A stretch of DNA of 64,000 bases from Macrostomum lignano (Eukaryota). A model generated the notes under the pieces. It was given only the letters and a program-made list of their open reading frames with translations. It was not told where the DNA came from and searched no databases. The stretch lies in contig NIVC01000012.1 in the NCBI GenBank assembly GCA_002269645.1, positions 1,302,001-1,366,000 of the forward strand, read 5' to 3'. Both the position numbers and the translations under genes were made by a program. This document shows positions 10,425 to 57,439 of this stretch, one piece after another. The number at the start of each line of letters is the position of its first letter. The first letter of the stretch is position 1.

Positions 10425-12148
10425 CTAAGAAATAATTCGTGAGTAGACTGTTAGTGTGTGTTCAAGCCCAAGTGTTCTATGCATTCTATTGTATTTTATG
10501 TCCCAAATCCCGCGTTGTCAAAGTCCACTTGCTGTAGTACCAGCCTCCCCTCGGTTTCAAATAGAAAGCCTTTGCCTGGCTACGATTATTAGCCATCTCT
10601 TCGAAGAACGAATTGAGTTTCCTGCACAACCAGTGCATCCTACGGTCACAACAAAGACCTTGATGCTGCTGTGTATTTTATTATATTTTATTTTATTTTA
10701 TCATCGATGATGATGGACCGATTTGCATATTCGTCATTGATTAAAACAATTTCTAAATGGAAATATCATGTCAATTTGTAGGCAATTGTACTTAAAGCTC
10801 TTGTACAGAAAGTAAGGTGATAGCCACTGCTTTGATACTTACATAAGGAGTAGCTCTCGTACAGGCTGATTACAAATTAGGTTTTGCCCCGGTGATGTAC
10901 TCAGCAACATTGAAGAGTCGCCACCCGGCCTTTGCTTCAGTGAGCAGTGTCTTTCAAACCAGCGTCTATCACCTGGCCAACCATTTCTGATATTAAAAAC
11001 TGCTTTAAAAAAGCAATGAAAACTGGGCGGCAGCTTCAATCCATCCAATCTTCGCCCTCCGCTCCTCCCAATCCCTCCTCACCCAGCCCAACACTACTGC
11101 GTCGCGTGGCTCAAGTTGCGTCACTCAAAAGTCAATACTGAGCTGGAATTTACTGCGTTCTCTCAAAGGTGACGACTTTTTAATGTTTTTCAGTATACAT
11201 GAATACGGAACTGCAGCCTGCAGTTTGCAGACGGGTGACATACATGTTAAAGTTTTCATTTGTTCGCATTAACAACAACCATAATTTAAAGGCTTAAATT
11301 TGATATGACGCTAATTAGTTGATTAGTCACTTGGGGGTTGCTTTGCTCTACGTACGAAGGCGTGCACTCACACGTACGTAGTTTTGGCTTCCCATTGACA
11401 GACATGTAATTGTGTTGGCTTGAATCCCAGCTACGACAAACCGCCATTTCTAATATCCATTCAACCCCCTTACTCGCGCACTGCTTTAGTTTTGCTACCC
11501 ACCTCTGTCGGCATGACATACATCTTACTTAAACTAAGAATATGTCAGTTAACAATTAACAAATAAAAATTTGGTCGGCTTTGAAAGTAACCGAACAAAT
11601 TTTAATTCTTTTGCAAATTTTCAACAAACTAAAAACGAGTTTCGTTATGTGACAGTGTCGAATTTTTTTCTTGGCTTATTGACATCATTTCTATTTTTCT
11701 TAGAACTTTTATTATTTACAAGCAAATCACAATAGCTAATGTTAATGTTAATGTTATTTACTTGTAGCCCGTAAATTAGGTTACTTTTAGGCGTATGAGT
11801 TTTGTTTTATTGAGGCGTGTTTAAGTGTACGCTGGCAGTGTCTTGCGGTCCACAGTGCCAGTGCTTGATTGCAACATTCGTCATAGATCTCTCCCTTCAT
11901 AATGTGTATCGCTACTAATGCATGCGTTCAATGCTCAATGCTTTCAGTTTGGTCCAAGCTAAATGTAAATGCACAATCTCAACTGTCGATTTTCTCTCCT
12001 GCTTATTTTTTAATTCTAAATTTGGAAAAATGTGTTCACTCTTCTCGCCGTGTTTCTCTCTCACTCCATTTATTGCTTTCTACGAGTATTGCTGATATCT
12101 TGCACAAGACCGAGAGTACTTGACTGAGGCCTATTAAATTGTAATAGA

Positions 12149-12240
12149 CCAATGATGCGTGGGCGTGGGCGTACATGTACTCGCGTCTTTCTCTTGTCTT
12201 CTCTTCTCTCTCTCTCTCTTTCTCTTTCTCTTTCTTTCTC
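12149..12240 (+). promoter_or_regulatory. Putative promoter of the TNFR-like gene (CCAAT box, tandem GC-box-like GGGCGT, CT-rich tract)
   Basis: CCAAT 12149-12153, GGGCGTGGGCGT 12161-12172, then a CT-rich stretch, about 150-240 bp upstream of the ATG at 12387. Confidence 0.4.
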
Positions 12241-12386
12241 GCGCAGCTCGCAAGGTTATCGCTATATCGCTATGAAAGACATCCAAATTTATTTTGAGCC
12301 TATAATTTTTATTACAAAACTGTAATTGACTACTCAGCTACAGCAAAAACAAATTGCCAAGCTAAACGATTTCGCACACTACGATT

Positions 12387-14031
12387 ATGCTTACTTTGTT
12401 CAAATTAGTAGCAGTCTTTGTTATTCTACGAGTATCAGCTTTAAGTGGTAAGTTTTGGTTTTTTATTTACATTTTTGTCTTTTCTAACTACCATGATATA
12501 GTTGTCATTCTTCTTGGTACTTCCCCCCTAAACTTTTCTCCTTAAGTATGTCAAACCATATGTGTTTAAGAATCTCTACCTTTTGGCCATAGACAACTAC
12601 GCTTTTTGTCAAAAGGCCTATTCAAAGTACTTACAGCGTTTACAGTAGGCTTACAGTTGGATGAGAAAATTACCCAGCTGTCTATACCATCTGTACGTAG
12701 TCAAAGCTCATTATATAATTTCATACACGCGATGTCACACACTGACTAAATAGCTGCGGGTTCCTTTGTCATTCAATAAACTTTGGCTAATCTAAGCAAC
12801 ACAGAACATGGAACTAAACTGCTTGTACACTTTTGTACAGTCTCTTCTGGCCCCCATTCTATTTCTGTAGAAATTGCGTACGATGAGAAACGCTTTCTTC
12901 GCTTCACTCTCTTGCCAACGTGTACAAATTCACATTGAAGCTCTCATTTTTTACCTGAGTCCTGCAGAAGTAGCCAAAGTACAGATTATTTTCTGACAGA
13001 AGATTAACGAAATGCTTTAGACAAAGTTGTAAATTTCAGCTTGCAGTTAGTAATGAAAATTATGTAGAAAAAGCAATCAAATGAATAATTTGGGTTAGGA
13101 ATAGGCGCAATGGTCTAAAGGGGAGTTGCTGAGATGCATTGCCTCTCTGAGTATTTCACATCGGTGAAAATGTTTCTTAATTTAAGCAACGGCCCGATCG
13201 TGCAACAGTTTACTGTGCTCCGACACTATCGAAAGTCACTGTCCGCATGGCCAATACCTGAGTTCCGATTGCGCCTGCTCGATGTGTCCTGTAGTTCCGG
13301 CTACTTCCGCGTACGAGAAGTGGAAATTGAACTGTTTAACTAAGGAGCTGAAAGTTTGCCCCAACGCAAATGATCCACCCGTACAATGCGATGATTTGCT
13401 GTGCAGTGACCCTGGAATAACTTGCCGATCAGCAGCAGTGCATTACCCAGATTCCGCTTGCGTCTGCGTCAGCTGTCCCGGCCCAGAATCCAAGAACAAA
13501 CGATTATTGACATGCCTCACACAAAATAAATTCTGCCCCGATTCTATCACGCCATCGACGACCTCTGCAATGGAGGTGCAGCTGGCTCAGAACTGCTCAG
13601 GTCGCGAGCTGATGCACTGTGGAAATTGCAGCGAAGATCTGCACTATCCGAATGGCAGTTGTCGAGCTTGTCCCGCTGTTCGAGCTGCTAATAGGCCAAG
13701 CCATTGTGACCAAACTGGCACTATAACAAAAATCGTTGTTGTTTCTGTTGTTGTGCTAACTTTCATTGCTGTCATCATTTTTGTTGTGGTTTTCTTTTTT
13801 AAATGCAATATCAAAGGCTGCTTCTCGAAGAGACCATCCTCCAATGCTAACAGCACGGCCACGAACAATACAGAGATTTTCATCCAGAGCAACGGCCAGA
13901 ACCGGTGCACCGTGTGCCATAAACCTGTCCAAGACTCAAATTCGATGCCAGGAGCAAATTATTGCAAGTGTTCTAATCCTGGCCGACTATCTCCAGAGGA
14001 AGCTCAAACATTAGTTGCTGAGAATGCATAG
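12387..14031 (+). CDS. Cysteine-rich single-pass type I membrane protein, TNF-receptor-like architecture without a death domain (301 aa, 2 exons)
   Basis: Exon 1 12387-12447 encodes the signal peptide MLTLFKLVAVFVILRVSALS and ends in a phase-1 GTAAGT donor. Exon 2 13187-14031 follows TTTAAG and joins in frame. Two 8-Cys repeats plus one 6-Cys module, TM IVVVSVVVLTFIAVIIFVVVFFF, cytoplasmic tail of about 75 aa. Confidence 0.82.
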
Positions 14032-15342
14032 ACTAAAGTACATTGTTAACGAGCATTATTATTATTAACGTTTCTATCTTATTACTATCGATAGTATGAA
14101 CAAAACTAATTGTGTACGAACAAGCATACAGCTAGATTATATTCTCCTCTCGTGGTAAAAGTTTAGCTATACACTCTTAATTAAGCTTGCTAATTACAGT
14201 ATATGTATATATCCGTGATGTACGTCAGGCTCCTGATTTTCTTCCTTGGCACAAGCACCTCGCGCGAAAAATGGCGTCATCCTCTTTAGAGGGAAAATAC
14301 TTGTACATTTGAATTTGTTTTAACCTTAGTATTCCATACCCATATACCTCTTACCTTTTTTGCTCTAGCTGATGAATTACCTGTATAGCCACTGAGATCG
14401 AACTACCGTCTAACAGAAGCCCAGCTGCATGCATGTACTCTCCGATTGAACTGTGAAACTAAAGTACAGATAGTTAAGAATGCTAACTATTCATTTTTCA
14501 AAACTCGTTTTCATCACTTGAACTTGACAATAAATACATGTACGAGTGACTCCTTTTATCAAGGTTAATTCAGCTGTTTTTGATGCAATTCAATATTTTT
14601 TATGAAAATTTGTTTGTTTTTGTTTGTTGTTTTTTATATCTACTTTATTTAAACAAAACTAAGACTATGTTGAATATTTAGACGCAACCGTTTTCGCTCT
14701 GCTACAGAAAAGAATTAACTAAAAAAGTAGGAATATTAATTCTGTCAATAAATATATATTTGGTGGCCAAGTATTACAAAACATCAACAGAATTTTTAAC
14801 TACGATAAGCTTTTGCATTTCAGTAGTTTTGCATTGATGATTGCGCAAAAGTGTCTCAGTTAGGACAGTGCACTGGAGCCATCAGTTTCTAATCCAGTTA
14901 GATTGAGTTTAAAAAAAAAAAATAAGCTGATTCAGTTTAGACAAACATTTAAAGTAAAAAAATTCGAAATTGCAGCTTGGGAAGATACAAAAAAGTTTCT
15001 TAAAAAACTTCTAAGAAAAATCAAAATAAAATCGCTGCTCTAGAAGCAGATTCTGAATTCAGGAAAACGTACATAGAATTACATTAATTTTTTTCATTTT
15101 TCAGAAATCGATTTTATAGATTGCTAAGCTCTGATAAAAGAATATATAAGTGAACTGCGGCTAAAACATATTCGCATCAAAACTCCGTGCAAAGTGTGCA
15201 AATTTTTGTTAGGTGTGAAAAGCTGTTTTGTAAACGTACACAGAATTTCAGTTCATTATAACAAAGTGAATAAGCAGACACAAACGAATAAAGAAATAGA
15301 AATTTCGTTGTGAACTCTTCAGCGCGCTGCCTGAAAACTTGC

Positions 15343-15598
15343 TGACTGATTGACCCAAGGTGACTGATTGACCCAAGGTGACTGATTGACCCAAGGTGAC
15401 TGATTGACCCAAAGTGACTGATTGACCCAAAGTGACTTATTGACCCAAAGTGACTGATTGACCCAAGGTGACTGATTGATCCAAATTGTCTGATTGACCC
15501 AAAGTGACTGATTGACCCAAAGTGTCTGATTGACCCAGATTGTCTGATTGACCCAAAATGACTGACCCAAAGTGACTGATTGACCCAAAGTGACCCAA
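15343..15598. repeat. 18-bp tandem repeat (CTGATTGACCCAARGTGA)n just 3' of WDR49
   Basis: Directly visible; gives the LGQSVT ORFs. Confidence 0.92.
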
Positions 15599-15772
15599 GA
15601 TAAATATTAAATTGGTCGATTTAAACGTTTCAAATTTCAAAGTGAAATATAAGTACATCAGCTATAAGCGGTGAAAAAAACACAAAAGATCAATAGTCAA
15701 ATTCACGCCAAAAATCTCCAGCGAATTACTATTAGTAATCTCACACTGCAACACAGAATTTTTTGTAAATTT

Positions 15773-46530
<30,758 letters not shown>

Positions 46531-47017
46531 ATCGAAATCATATATTCATATTTCACTCCAATTCTTTACAATGACAAATTTTAAAAAGTTTCTAAAATCT
46601 ACACTGAGCCAGATGTGAGATCGGAGACCAATAGACAGCTTGAAAAGAAATTAAAAAGATCCGTTTAAATTTGGTAGCTTTGGTAGTTATAAACTTTTTA
46701 GCATACTGCGACTAAGAAAAACATCCTTAGCGAATTATTTGATTTAATATTATAATGACTACACATTACGGACGTTGAAAATACAACAGAAATTTCCTAT
46801 GTAATAATGTTGTTATTTTGATGCCAAACACGATTTTTAGGACCGTTTTAAAAGTTCAGTATGGCTTATCTTTGTTCGCTAATCTTTCCAACATCAGATA
46901 TTTTCAATATCACTCGCTCGTTACAATCGTTTTATGCTAAATTACATAATGCTAGAAAACATTTAAAAAATGGAAAATAAATCATTTTTGTAAAAATTTC
47001 CAAATTAACTAATGAGT

Positions 47018-47025
47018 CTAGCAAC
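47018..47025 (-). promoter_or_regulatory. Possible RFX X-box half-site upstream of WDR49
   Basis: GTTGCTAG on the minus strand about 490 bp upstream of the WDR49 ATG, plus an imperfect full site GTTGCTAAAGGAAT at 47249-47262. RFX control is typical of ciliary genes, but motifs this short occur by chance. Confidence 0.25.
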
Positions 47026-48139
47026 GGATGAAGCCGCGCAGTGTGTATACTTAAATGAAACTAAAAATTTGACCGAGCAAACTCACTATAATCATATTAC
47101 TAATTTACACCAAAATATTATTTTTTAAGACTTCTTTGAGCATGTCGTGAATGTTGACCAGTGCGTGTGTGATCGATAAAAGGTGCCGAAAATGCTGAAA
47201 TTTCTATATTTTCAAAACTTTTCTTCTGAGAAACGCTACATTGGCAGCGTTGCTAAAGGAATCGAAGAAAAACTTTCACCAGAAGCTTTTTTCGACTCTC
47301 ACCCTCATATTAATTTATTAAACGTCCCCATTCCAGGAAGTCTTATTTCCGCACAGCAATGCGATAGCAGCCCCGGCCGGTTCCTCGGTTCATCGGTTGA
47401 GGCAGCCCAGCTAACAGCGCGCGCCTCGATTGCAGCCAACTTCTTCTCTGGAGGCATTGGAGGCGCTACTGCATGGAGAAGAAATGGCTCTGCCGAGAGG
47501 CCAGCGCTGCCGGCCGGGTTTTGGCATCGTCGGCATGTGCCGCCGATCGCAGCAGGAAGCGATTAAGCATTCTGGACCATGTCTCTCCCCCCAGACCCTT
47601 CTCTCCCATGCAGTTTCCTAGGGGCCGGGCAGTCACGTTTCTCTTTTTTATCTTACTCTCTCCATTCGCCCTCTCGCTCTAGCAATACCGAGCCCGCAGC
47701 TAAAGACCAACTGTTCATGCACAAGTGCCACATCTGTGAGCGCGGCATTAAGGGAGCTGAAATAATATAAAGTATAAAAAGTATATCCCAATATGTCTGC
47801 ACACTATAACTGAATATATACACTTTGAGGCAACTTGATCGGCCGAGGGAAATAAAGTGAAGGACGGGCGCGCCTGGAGAGGGTCACAACGAACGAGAGG
47901 CATGATGGGCGTTGCACCACTGGGGCAGCCAGAAAGACGGATGGGTAGCCGCTAGCACCACCGGCTTCTTGTCACGGCCTTGTCCAAGATGCTTCGGTCG
48001 GACTTTTTCCAGCTGCGCTGCCACCCCGGCTGGGCCCTCTGCGTCTCTGTCTCTCCACAATCAAGGCGCAGTCCACTGCACCCTGCGCTAATACTTTTCC
48101 CGTTGCTAAAGCCCTCTGTCCCTGTCCCATCCAGAGTGC

Positions 48140-49031
<892 letters not shown>

Positions 49032-49609
49032 TCTGGCACAAGCCGGATTCGCAGGGTCAGGGGTTGAACTTGTGTAGAAATTCCGTAGGCTGCAGTTAAA
49101 CCAGAGAATTCACTCGACCTCAATATCCGGTCTCGTCAGTCGGTAGTTTCAGTTAAATCAATTTCCTCAACGAACGACTCCTCATCCCCCGCTCCGCAGG
49201 GCGGATTGTTTTCACATTTCTGACCCCCTGACAGAGCATTAGCTGGCGGTTCTCTTGCAGGATTTCTGACTCAATTTCTGCTTGCCTTTGGCTAAAGAAA
49301 TAGAGGAAAGAAATTTATACTACATTTGGGTGGGGATGGGGGCGGCGGTAGAGCTGAATTGAAACCTTGTTGCTTCACCTTTCTGGCTTAAACAGTATAA
49401 ACTGCATGGTTTGCTGAGCCTTGGATTTTTTCAAGCAAAGTACAGAACAGTGGCTAGTTAAAATAAAAATTAGTCGTCACAAAAAATCTTTCACAGATTG
49501 AATTAATAATTACTCCGATATCTCATTAGAAACTTTTAATAATAACTGAATGACAAACAGCTAAATATACGAGTAGACTCTGACAAGGCACAGGACTAAG
49601 GGTGAGACA

Positions 49610-50895
<1,286 letters not shown>

Positions 50896-51414
50896 GACAG
50901 AACTCCCTAGCAGAGAACAATTAGCGAATTAGGAAGACACTGATGGGAGGATAAGCAGGATTAGTGAACTGAGTTTAACCAAGCAGCTGGAGGCAAACCA
51001 GACTGCCGGCAGCCAATCACCGAAGAGCGAGAGGGAGGCGCCTTAAGCCAAGAAGGAGTTGGGCAGGGGGGGGGTTAAGTACCAGCCCAGGGCCAGCTGT
51101 CCCCCCCCCCGACTCTGTCGGCAAGCCACTGATAGAAACATTTCAATAGCTGGTGAAAGGCAGAACAGAAGCAGCCACAAAGCCGGCCTACATTAGAAGA
51201 GAACAAAAGGAAACAGGAACAAAAAGCCCAGTCGCAAATTTAACAAAAAAACACACACAAACACACGCGGTACGCATTGTGAAGCTCGTCGAACCAGACA
51301 ATGAAGCAACGAAGGCTGAGTTTTGCCTAGAAAAATATCCCCCCCTTTGATAATATAAATTTTTTTCAAAATTTGTTGTCCTAAGTCGAACATTGGCTTC
51401 CCAGCTTAAGGACT

Positions 51415-51696
51415 ATGGCTGACGCTGACAATCGAGTCATCCTCAATGTTGGCGGCATTCGGCACGAGACCTACAAGGCGACGCTGAAAAAGATTCCAGC
51501 TACACGGCTGTCTCGGCTCACCGAAGCCTTGGCCAACTACGATCCGATGTTGAACGAGTACTTCTTCGACAGGCACCCCGGGGTGTTCGCGCAGATACTC
51601 AACTACTACAGAACTGGCAAGCTGCACTACCCTACCGACGTGTGCGGCCCCCTGTTCGAGGAGGAGCTTGAATTCTGGGGACTGGATAGCAACCAG
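51415..51696 (+). CDS. Shaw: Voltage-gated potassium channel Shaw (Kv3/KCNC family), first coding exon (T1/BTB tetramerisation domain); partial gene
   Basis: [44 protein letters not shown]...[47 protein letters not shown], near-identical to Drosophila Shaw as I recall it. GTGAGC donor at 51697; acceptor-like TTCCCAG at 51398-51404. The expected next exon (VEPCCW...) was not found before 64000. Confidence 0.97.
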
Positions 51697-51734
51697 GTGA
51701 GCAACCGGCTGTCTGACAGGCGGACAGGCTACTG

Positions 51735-53700
51735 AGACAGGTATTGAGACAGGCAGTAGGACAGGCAGTTAGGACAGAAACTGGGACAGACACCGGGACA
51801 GACACTGGGACAGACACTGGGACATACACTGGGACATACACTAGGACAGACACTGGGACAGACACTGGGACAGACACTGGGACAGACACTGGGACAGACA
51901 CTGGGACAGACACTGGGACAGACACTGGGACAGACACTGGGACAGACACTGGGTCAGACACTGGGACAGACACAAGGACAGACACTGGGACAGACATTGG
52001 GACAGACACTGGGACAGACACTGGGACAGACACTGGGACAGACACTGGGTCAGACACTGGGACAGACACTGGGTCAGACACTGGGACAGACACTGGGACA
52101 GACACTGGGTCAGACACTGGGACAGACACTGGGTCAGACACTGGGACAGACACTGGGACAGACACTGGGTCAGACACTGGGACAGACACTGGGACAGACA
52201 CTGGGACAGACACTGGGACATACACTAGGACAGACACTGGGACAGACACTGGGACAGACACTGGGACAGACACTGGGACAGACACTGGGTCAGACACTGG
52301 GACAGACACTGGGACAGACACTGGGACAGACACTGGGACAGACACTGGGACAGACACTGGGTCAGACACTGGGACAGACACTGGGTCAGACACTGGGACA
52401 GACACTGGGACAGACACTGGGTCAGACACTGGGACATACACTAGGACAGACACTGGGACAGACACTGGGACAGACACTAGGACAGACACTGGGACAGACA
52501 CTAGGACAGACACTGGGACAGACACTGGGACAGACACTGGGACAGACACTGGGACAGACACTGGGACAAGACACTGGGACAGACACAAGGACAGACACTG
52601 GGACAGACACTGGGACAGACACTGGGACAGACACTGGGACAGACACTGAGACAGACACTGGGACAGACACTGGGACAGACACTGGGACAGACACTGGGAC
52701 AGACACTAGGACAGACACTGGGACAGACACTGGGACAGACACTGGGTCAGACACTGGGACAGACACTGGGACAGACACTGGGACAAGACACTGGGACAGA
52801 CACAAGGACAGACACTGGGACAGACATTGGGACAGACACTGAGACAGACACTGAGTCAGACACTGGGACAGACACTGGGACAGACACTGGGACAGACACT
52901 GGGACAAGACACTGGGACAGACACAAGGACAGACACTGGGACAGACATTGGGACAGACACTGAGACAGACACTAGGACAGACACTGGGACAGACACTGGG
53001 ACAGACACTGGGTCAGACACTGGGACAGACACTAGGACAGACACTGGGTCAGACACTGGGACAGACACTAGGACAGACACTGGGACAGACACTGGGACAA
53101 GACACTGGGACAGACACAAGGACAGACACTGGGACAGACATTGGGACAGACACTGAGACAGACACTGAGTCAGACACTGGGACAGACACTGGGTCAGACA
53201 CTGGGACAGACACTGGGACAGACACTGGGACAGACACTGGGACAGACACTGGGACAGACACTGGGATAGACACTGGGACAGACACTGGGACAGACACTGG
53301 GACAGACACTGGGACAGACACTGGGACAGACACTGGGACAGACACTGGGACAGACACTGGGTCAGACACTGGGACAGACACTAGGACAGACACTGGGACA
53401 GACACTGGGACAGACACTGGGACAGACACTGGGACAAGACACTGGGACAGACACAAGGACAGACACTGGGACAGACATTGGGACAGACACTGGGACAGAC
53501 ACTGGGACAGACACTGGGACAGACACTGGGACAGACACTGGGACAGACACTGGGACAGACACTGGGACAGACACTGGGACAGACACTGGGACAAGACACT
53601 GGGACAGACACTAGGACAGACACTGGGACAGACACTGGGTCAGACACTGGGACAGACACTGGGACAGGCAGACAGTCAGGCAGACAGTCAGGCAGACAGC
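51735..53700. repeat. 12-bp tandem repeat (GACACTGGGACA)n with 13-bp variants, Shaw intron
   Basis: Directly visible; gives the TDTG/VPVS/LGQT ORFs. Confidence 0.97.
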
Positions 53701-54319
53701 CAGGCATTTATCAACGGCGCGGTTTGACTTAGTTTGACCAAGTAAATTTCTGGAAATTATTCATTTGAAAATCTATTTTAGGCAATTCAAGTTGTTGAAA
53801 ATAATTAAAACAAAATATTTTACCGTCTATACAACACTCTACAATCCGAAAATCATTGTTAAACAGTAATAGCGTTCTCAGAATCATGCTGAAATGAAAA
53901 AAATGTTGAAAAAAATGTTTGACTCAGTGAAAGCACACTTAGTTCTGTTTAAGCAGGACTTAGCCCCTGTCTTCTAGCCTGCTGTCTTTGCAACAACAGT
54001 AAGTGTCCAGATTAAAGCTTCAACTACTCACTCACGATTTACCTGGCTCCACCCTGGCTTCAATATGCCTTAAGTAGTTATTTTTGGGATTCAAAAAGTC
54101 TCTTTTAAAACCCTACTTTCTCTAGCCTGACTTTCTGAGCATTGTCTGTCGGAGCCCCCGCCACTCGCTGAGTCATTCACTCACTGCAGACCAGAACTGC
54201 TCTGGCATTCAGAACTTTCAATTTCAACCCAACCAACAATTCCCGCCTGTCTCCCTTCTTGGCAAGATGAAAAAGTTGGACGGAGAAGCTTTTTAAATAT
54301 ATGCTTTTTACTTAGCGCA

Positions 54320-54800
54320 CGAGAGATTATCCAGTTCTCATATGAGATTTTACCACTTGACCATGAGATTATCCAATTCTCATATGAGATTTTCTCACTT
54401 CAACATGAGATTATACACTTCTAATATGATATTTTCTCAGTTTAGAATGAGATTATTCTATTCTCTTGAGATTTTCTCAGTTTAGAATGAGATTATTCTA
54501 TTCTCTTGAGATTTTCTCAGTTTAGAATGAGATTATTCTATTCTCATAGTATTTTATTGATTCGGCATGAGGTTATCTAGTTCTTTTATGAGATTGTCTT
54601 AGTTTAGCATGAGATTATCCAATTCTCAAATGAGATTTTCTCACTTCAGCATGAGATTATCCAATTGTCAGACGAGATTTTCTCAGTTCAGCATGAGATG
54701 ACCCAATTCTCATGAGATTTTCTCAGTTTAGCACTAATTCTCATATGAGATTTTCGCAATTCAGCATTAGATTATCCAATTCTCTTATGAGATTTTCTCA
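54320..54800. repeat. Degenerate array of ATGAGA...TCTCAT mini-palindromic units
   Basis: Recurrent ATGAGATTATCCAATTCTCAT and GAGATTTTCTC. Confidence 0.8.
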
Positions 54801-55189
54801 CAAAATATCTCCTCAATCGCTCACACGTGAGTTAACAACACAGAATGAAACATCAGGATCGCAGAATTCTATTCACTACTTCAGTAACTCCACATCTACT
54901 CAAGGCTACTCTGAAATTCACAGCGCCCTCTCGAGTCTCAGCTGTCATGGCGCAGCAGCTCGGTCGTCTGGCTGCTGGTTATAAATTATTAGTCGAGGTC
55001 CAATATGCCAATGCAATTCAGGCAATTGAAATTCTCTTTTTTCGATAGTAAGCGTCTAATTTTTCGGGTTTTGGCGGAAGTTGCCCTGATATATGAGTTG
55101 GCTCACGTTGCATTGTATAAGTGGCTTCTCGAGAGCATGGGAGCCTGGAGTAAGCTGCTCGGCTACAAAATACTGCTCTGCTCCATGTT

Positions 55190-55700
<511 letters not shown>

Positions 55701-56327
55701 CTATCTGTCCTTCTCTACCTTTTCTATTCTCTGCTTTATTTTCCCCATTGTGACCCTGCTTCCTTCTCTGCAAGATCCCTCTTCACCCTTCTGCCTTGCA
55801 ATTTTCACACGCCGTCCCATTTTGAAGATTAATTTTATTTTCTGTTAAAAAAATCTGCTTCTCATTTGTTTGAATTGGATTGGAAGAACATTGTTCATTG
55901 AAGATTTTGACCGATTTGTTTGCAATAAGTACTTGGCTTTGGGAATTGCTTGACAGAACCAGCGGGGATGGAAACTGGGACAGGGGTTCCGGGCTGCTCA
56001 CTCAAGAGGTATGGCATCTGTACCGGGAGCTGTAGCCTTGCCTTGTACATTTTAATGAGTTAAATCATTTTTATTAATTATCGCATTAAAAAAATACTAG
56101 GAGAAATATAGCACTATATAGGTATGCAATAATTAATTTGGCAGCCAATAAACCTACTGCTTAAATGTCACAATCTCATATATGGGACCCGGGACTTAAA
56201 ATGTCAGGACTCTAAAGATCCCGAGTCCTGAGATCTTCAGTCTCAAGACCCCTTGTGGGAATATGTAAATTCTTAATATTTTTTGTTTCCCAGGTTCCAA
56301 AATCTACAGATAATAATTTAAATAAAT

Positions 56328-56985
56328 TGCCACGAATTTCCATGAATTTCCATGAATTTCCATGAATTTCCATGAATTTCCATGAATTTCCATGAATTTC
56401 CATGAATTTCCATGAATTTCCATGAATTTCCATGAATTTCCATGAATTTCCATGAATTTCCATGAATTTCCATGAAGTTCCACGAATTTCCATGAATTTC
56501 CATGAATTTCCATGAATTTCCATGAATTTCCATGAATTTCCATGAATTTCCATGAATTTCCATGAATTTCCATGAAGTTCCACGAATTTCCATGAATTTC
56601 CATGAAGTTCAAGGAATTTTATTGAATTTCCATGAATTTCCATGAAATTCTATGAATTTCCACGAATATCCATGAAGTTCCATGAAGTTCCAGGAATTTT
56701 ATTGAACTTCCATGAATTTCCAATATTTTTCACGAATTTCCATGAATTTCCATGAATTTCCATGGATTTCCAATATTTTTCACGAATTTCCATGAATTTC
56801 CATGAATTTCCATGGATTTCCAATATTTTTCACGAATTTCCATGAATTTCCATGAATTTCCATGGATTTCCAATATTTTTCACGAATTTCTATGAATTTC
56901 CATGAATTTCCATGGATTTCCAATATTTTTCACGAATTTCCATGAATTTCCATGTATTTCCAAGAATTACCACAAATTTTCATAT
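56328..56985. repeat. 10-bp tandem repeat (CATGAATTTC)n
   Basis: Directly visible. Confidence 0.96.
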
Positions 56986-57439
56986 TCATGGGCTCAACCC
57001 ATGTCCTCAGTTCCTCTGTCTAATGCCCTTCCTGCCTCTCGCACTGCAGTTGCACTAATGTAAAAGAATGTCAGACCATGTCGAGCCGAAATCTAACCAA
57101 GCCCGCAGGCCTGCTTCAATAGAATGGTTCGAAAGAAGTCCATGGTAAATTGAGTCAACTAATACTTTAACTAAAATCCAGGATAGTTTCTGTCTTTTTA
57201 GAGAGTTCTCCGAGTTTGAGCAATCGAATTAATTATGATTTTGTGTCGGAGTATTGAAGCCTCACTTTACTTTCTGGCTGGCCCCGACAATGTTACAAAA
57301 CTTCATGCCCCAAGGGCTGAATGGGATAGGGTTGTTGGGTGAGAACTTCACAAGTGCGAACATTTTTTATTAAGGGTTTTTTAGCATGTGACTCGTACGA
57401 GTACGTAGCACAGCTTTTTATTGAAACTGGGCAGGGCTA

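Noticed and set aside
10839-11520. Short ORFs in GC-richer patches, including CRSWDSSQH (kringle-like look) and a 9-bp-arm palindrome
   Set aside because: Too short, no full Cys pattern, no phase-consistent exon chain
47183-48130. Cluster of overlapping ORFs (including HKCHICERG) as a gene or retroelement
   Set aside because: No consistent frame, no complete zinc-knuckle/RT motif; treated as GC-rich intergenic DNA
51632-53732. TDTG/VPVS/LGQT ORFs resembling mucin or antifreeze proteins
   Set aside because: 12-bp satellite directly after the Shaw donor site
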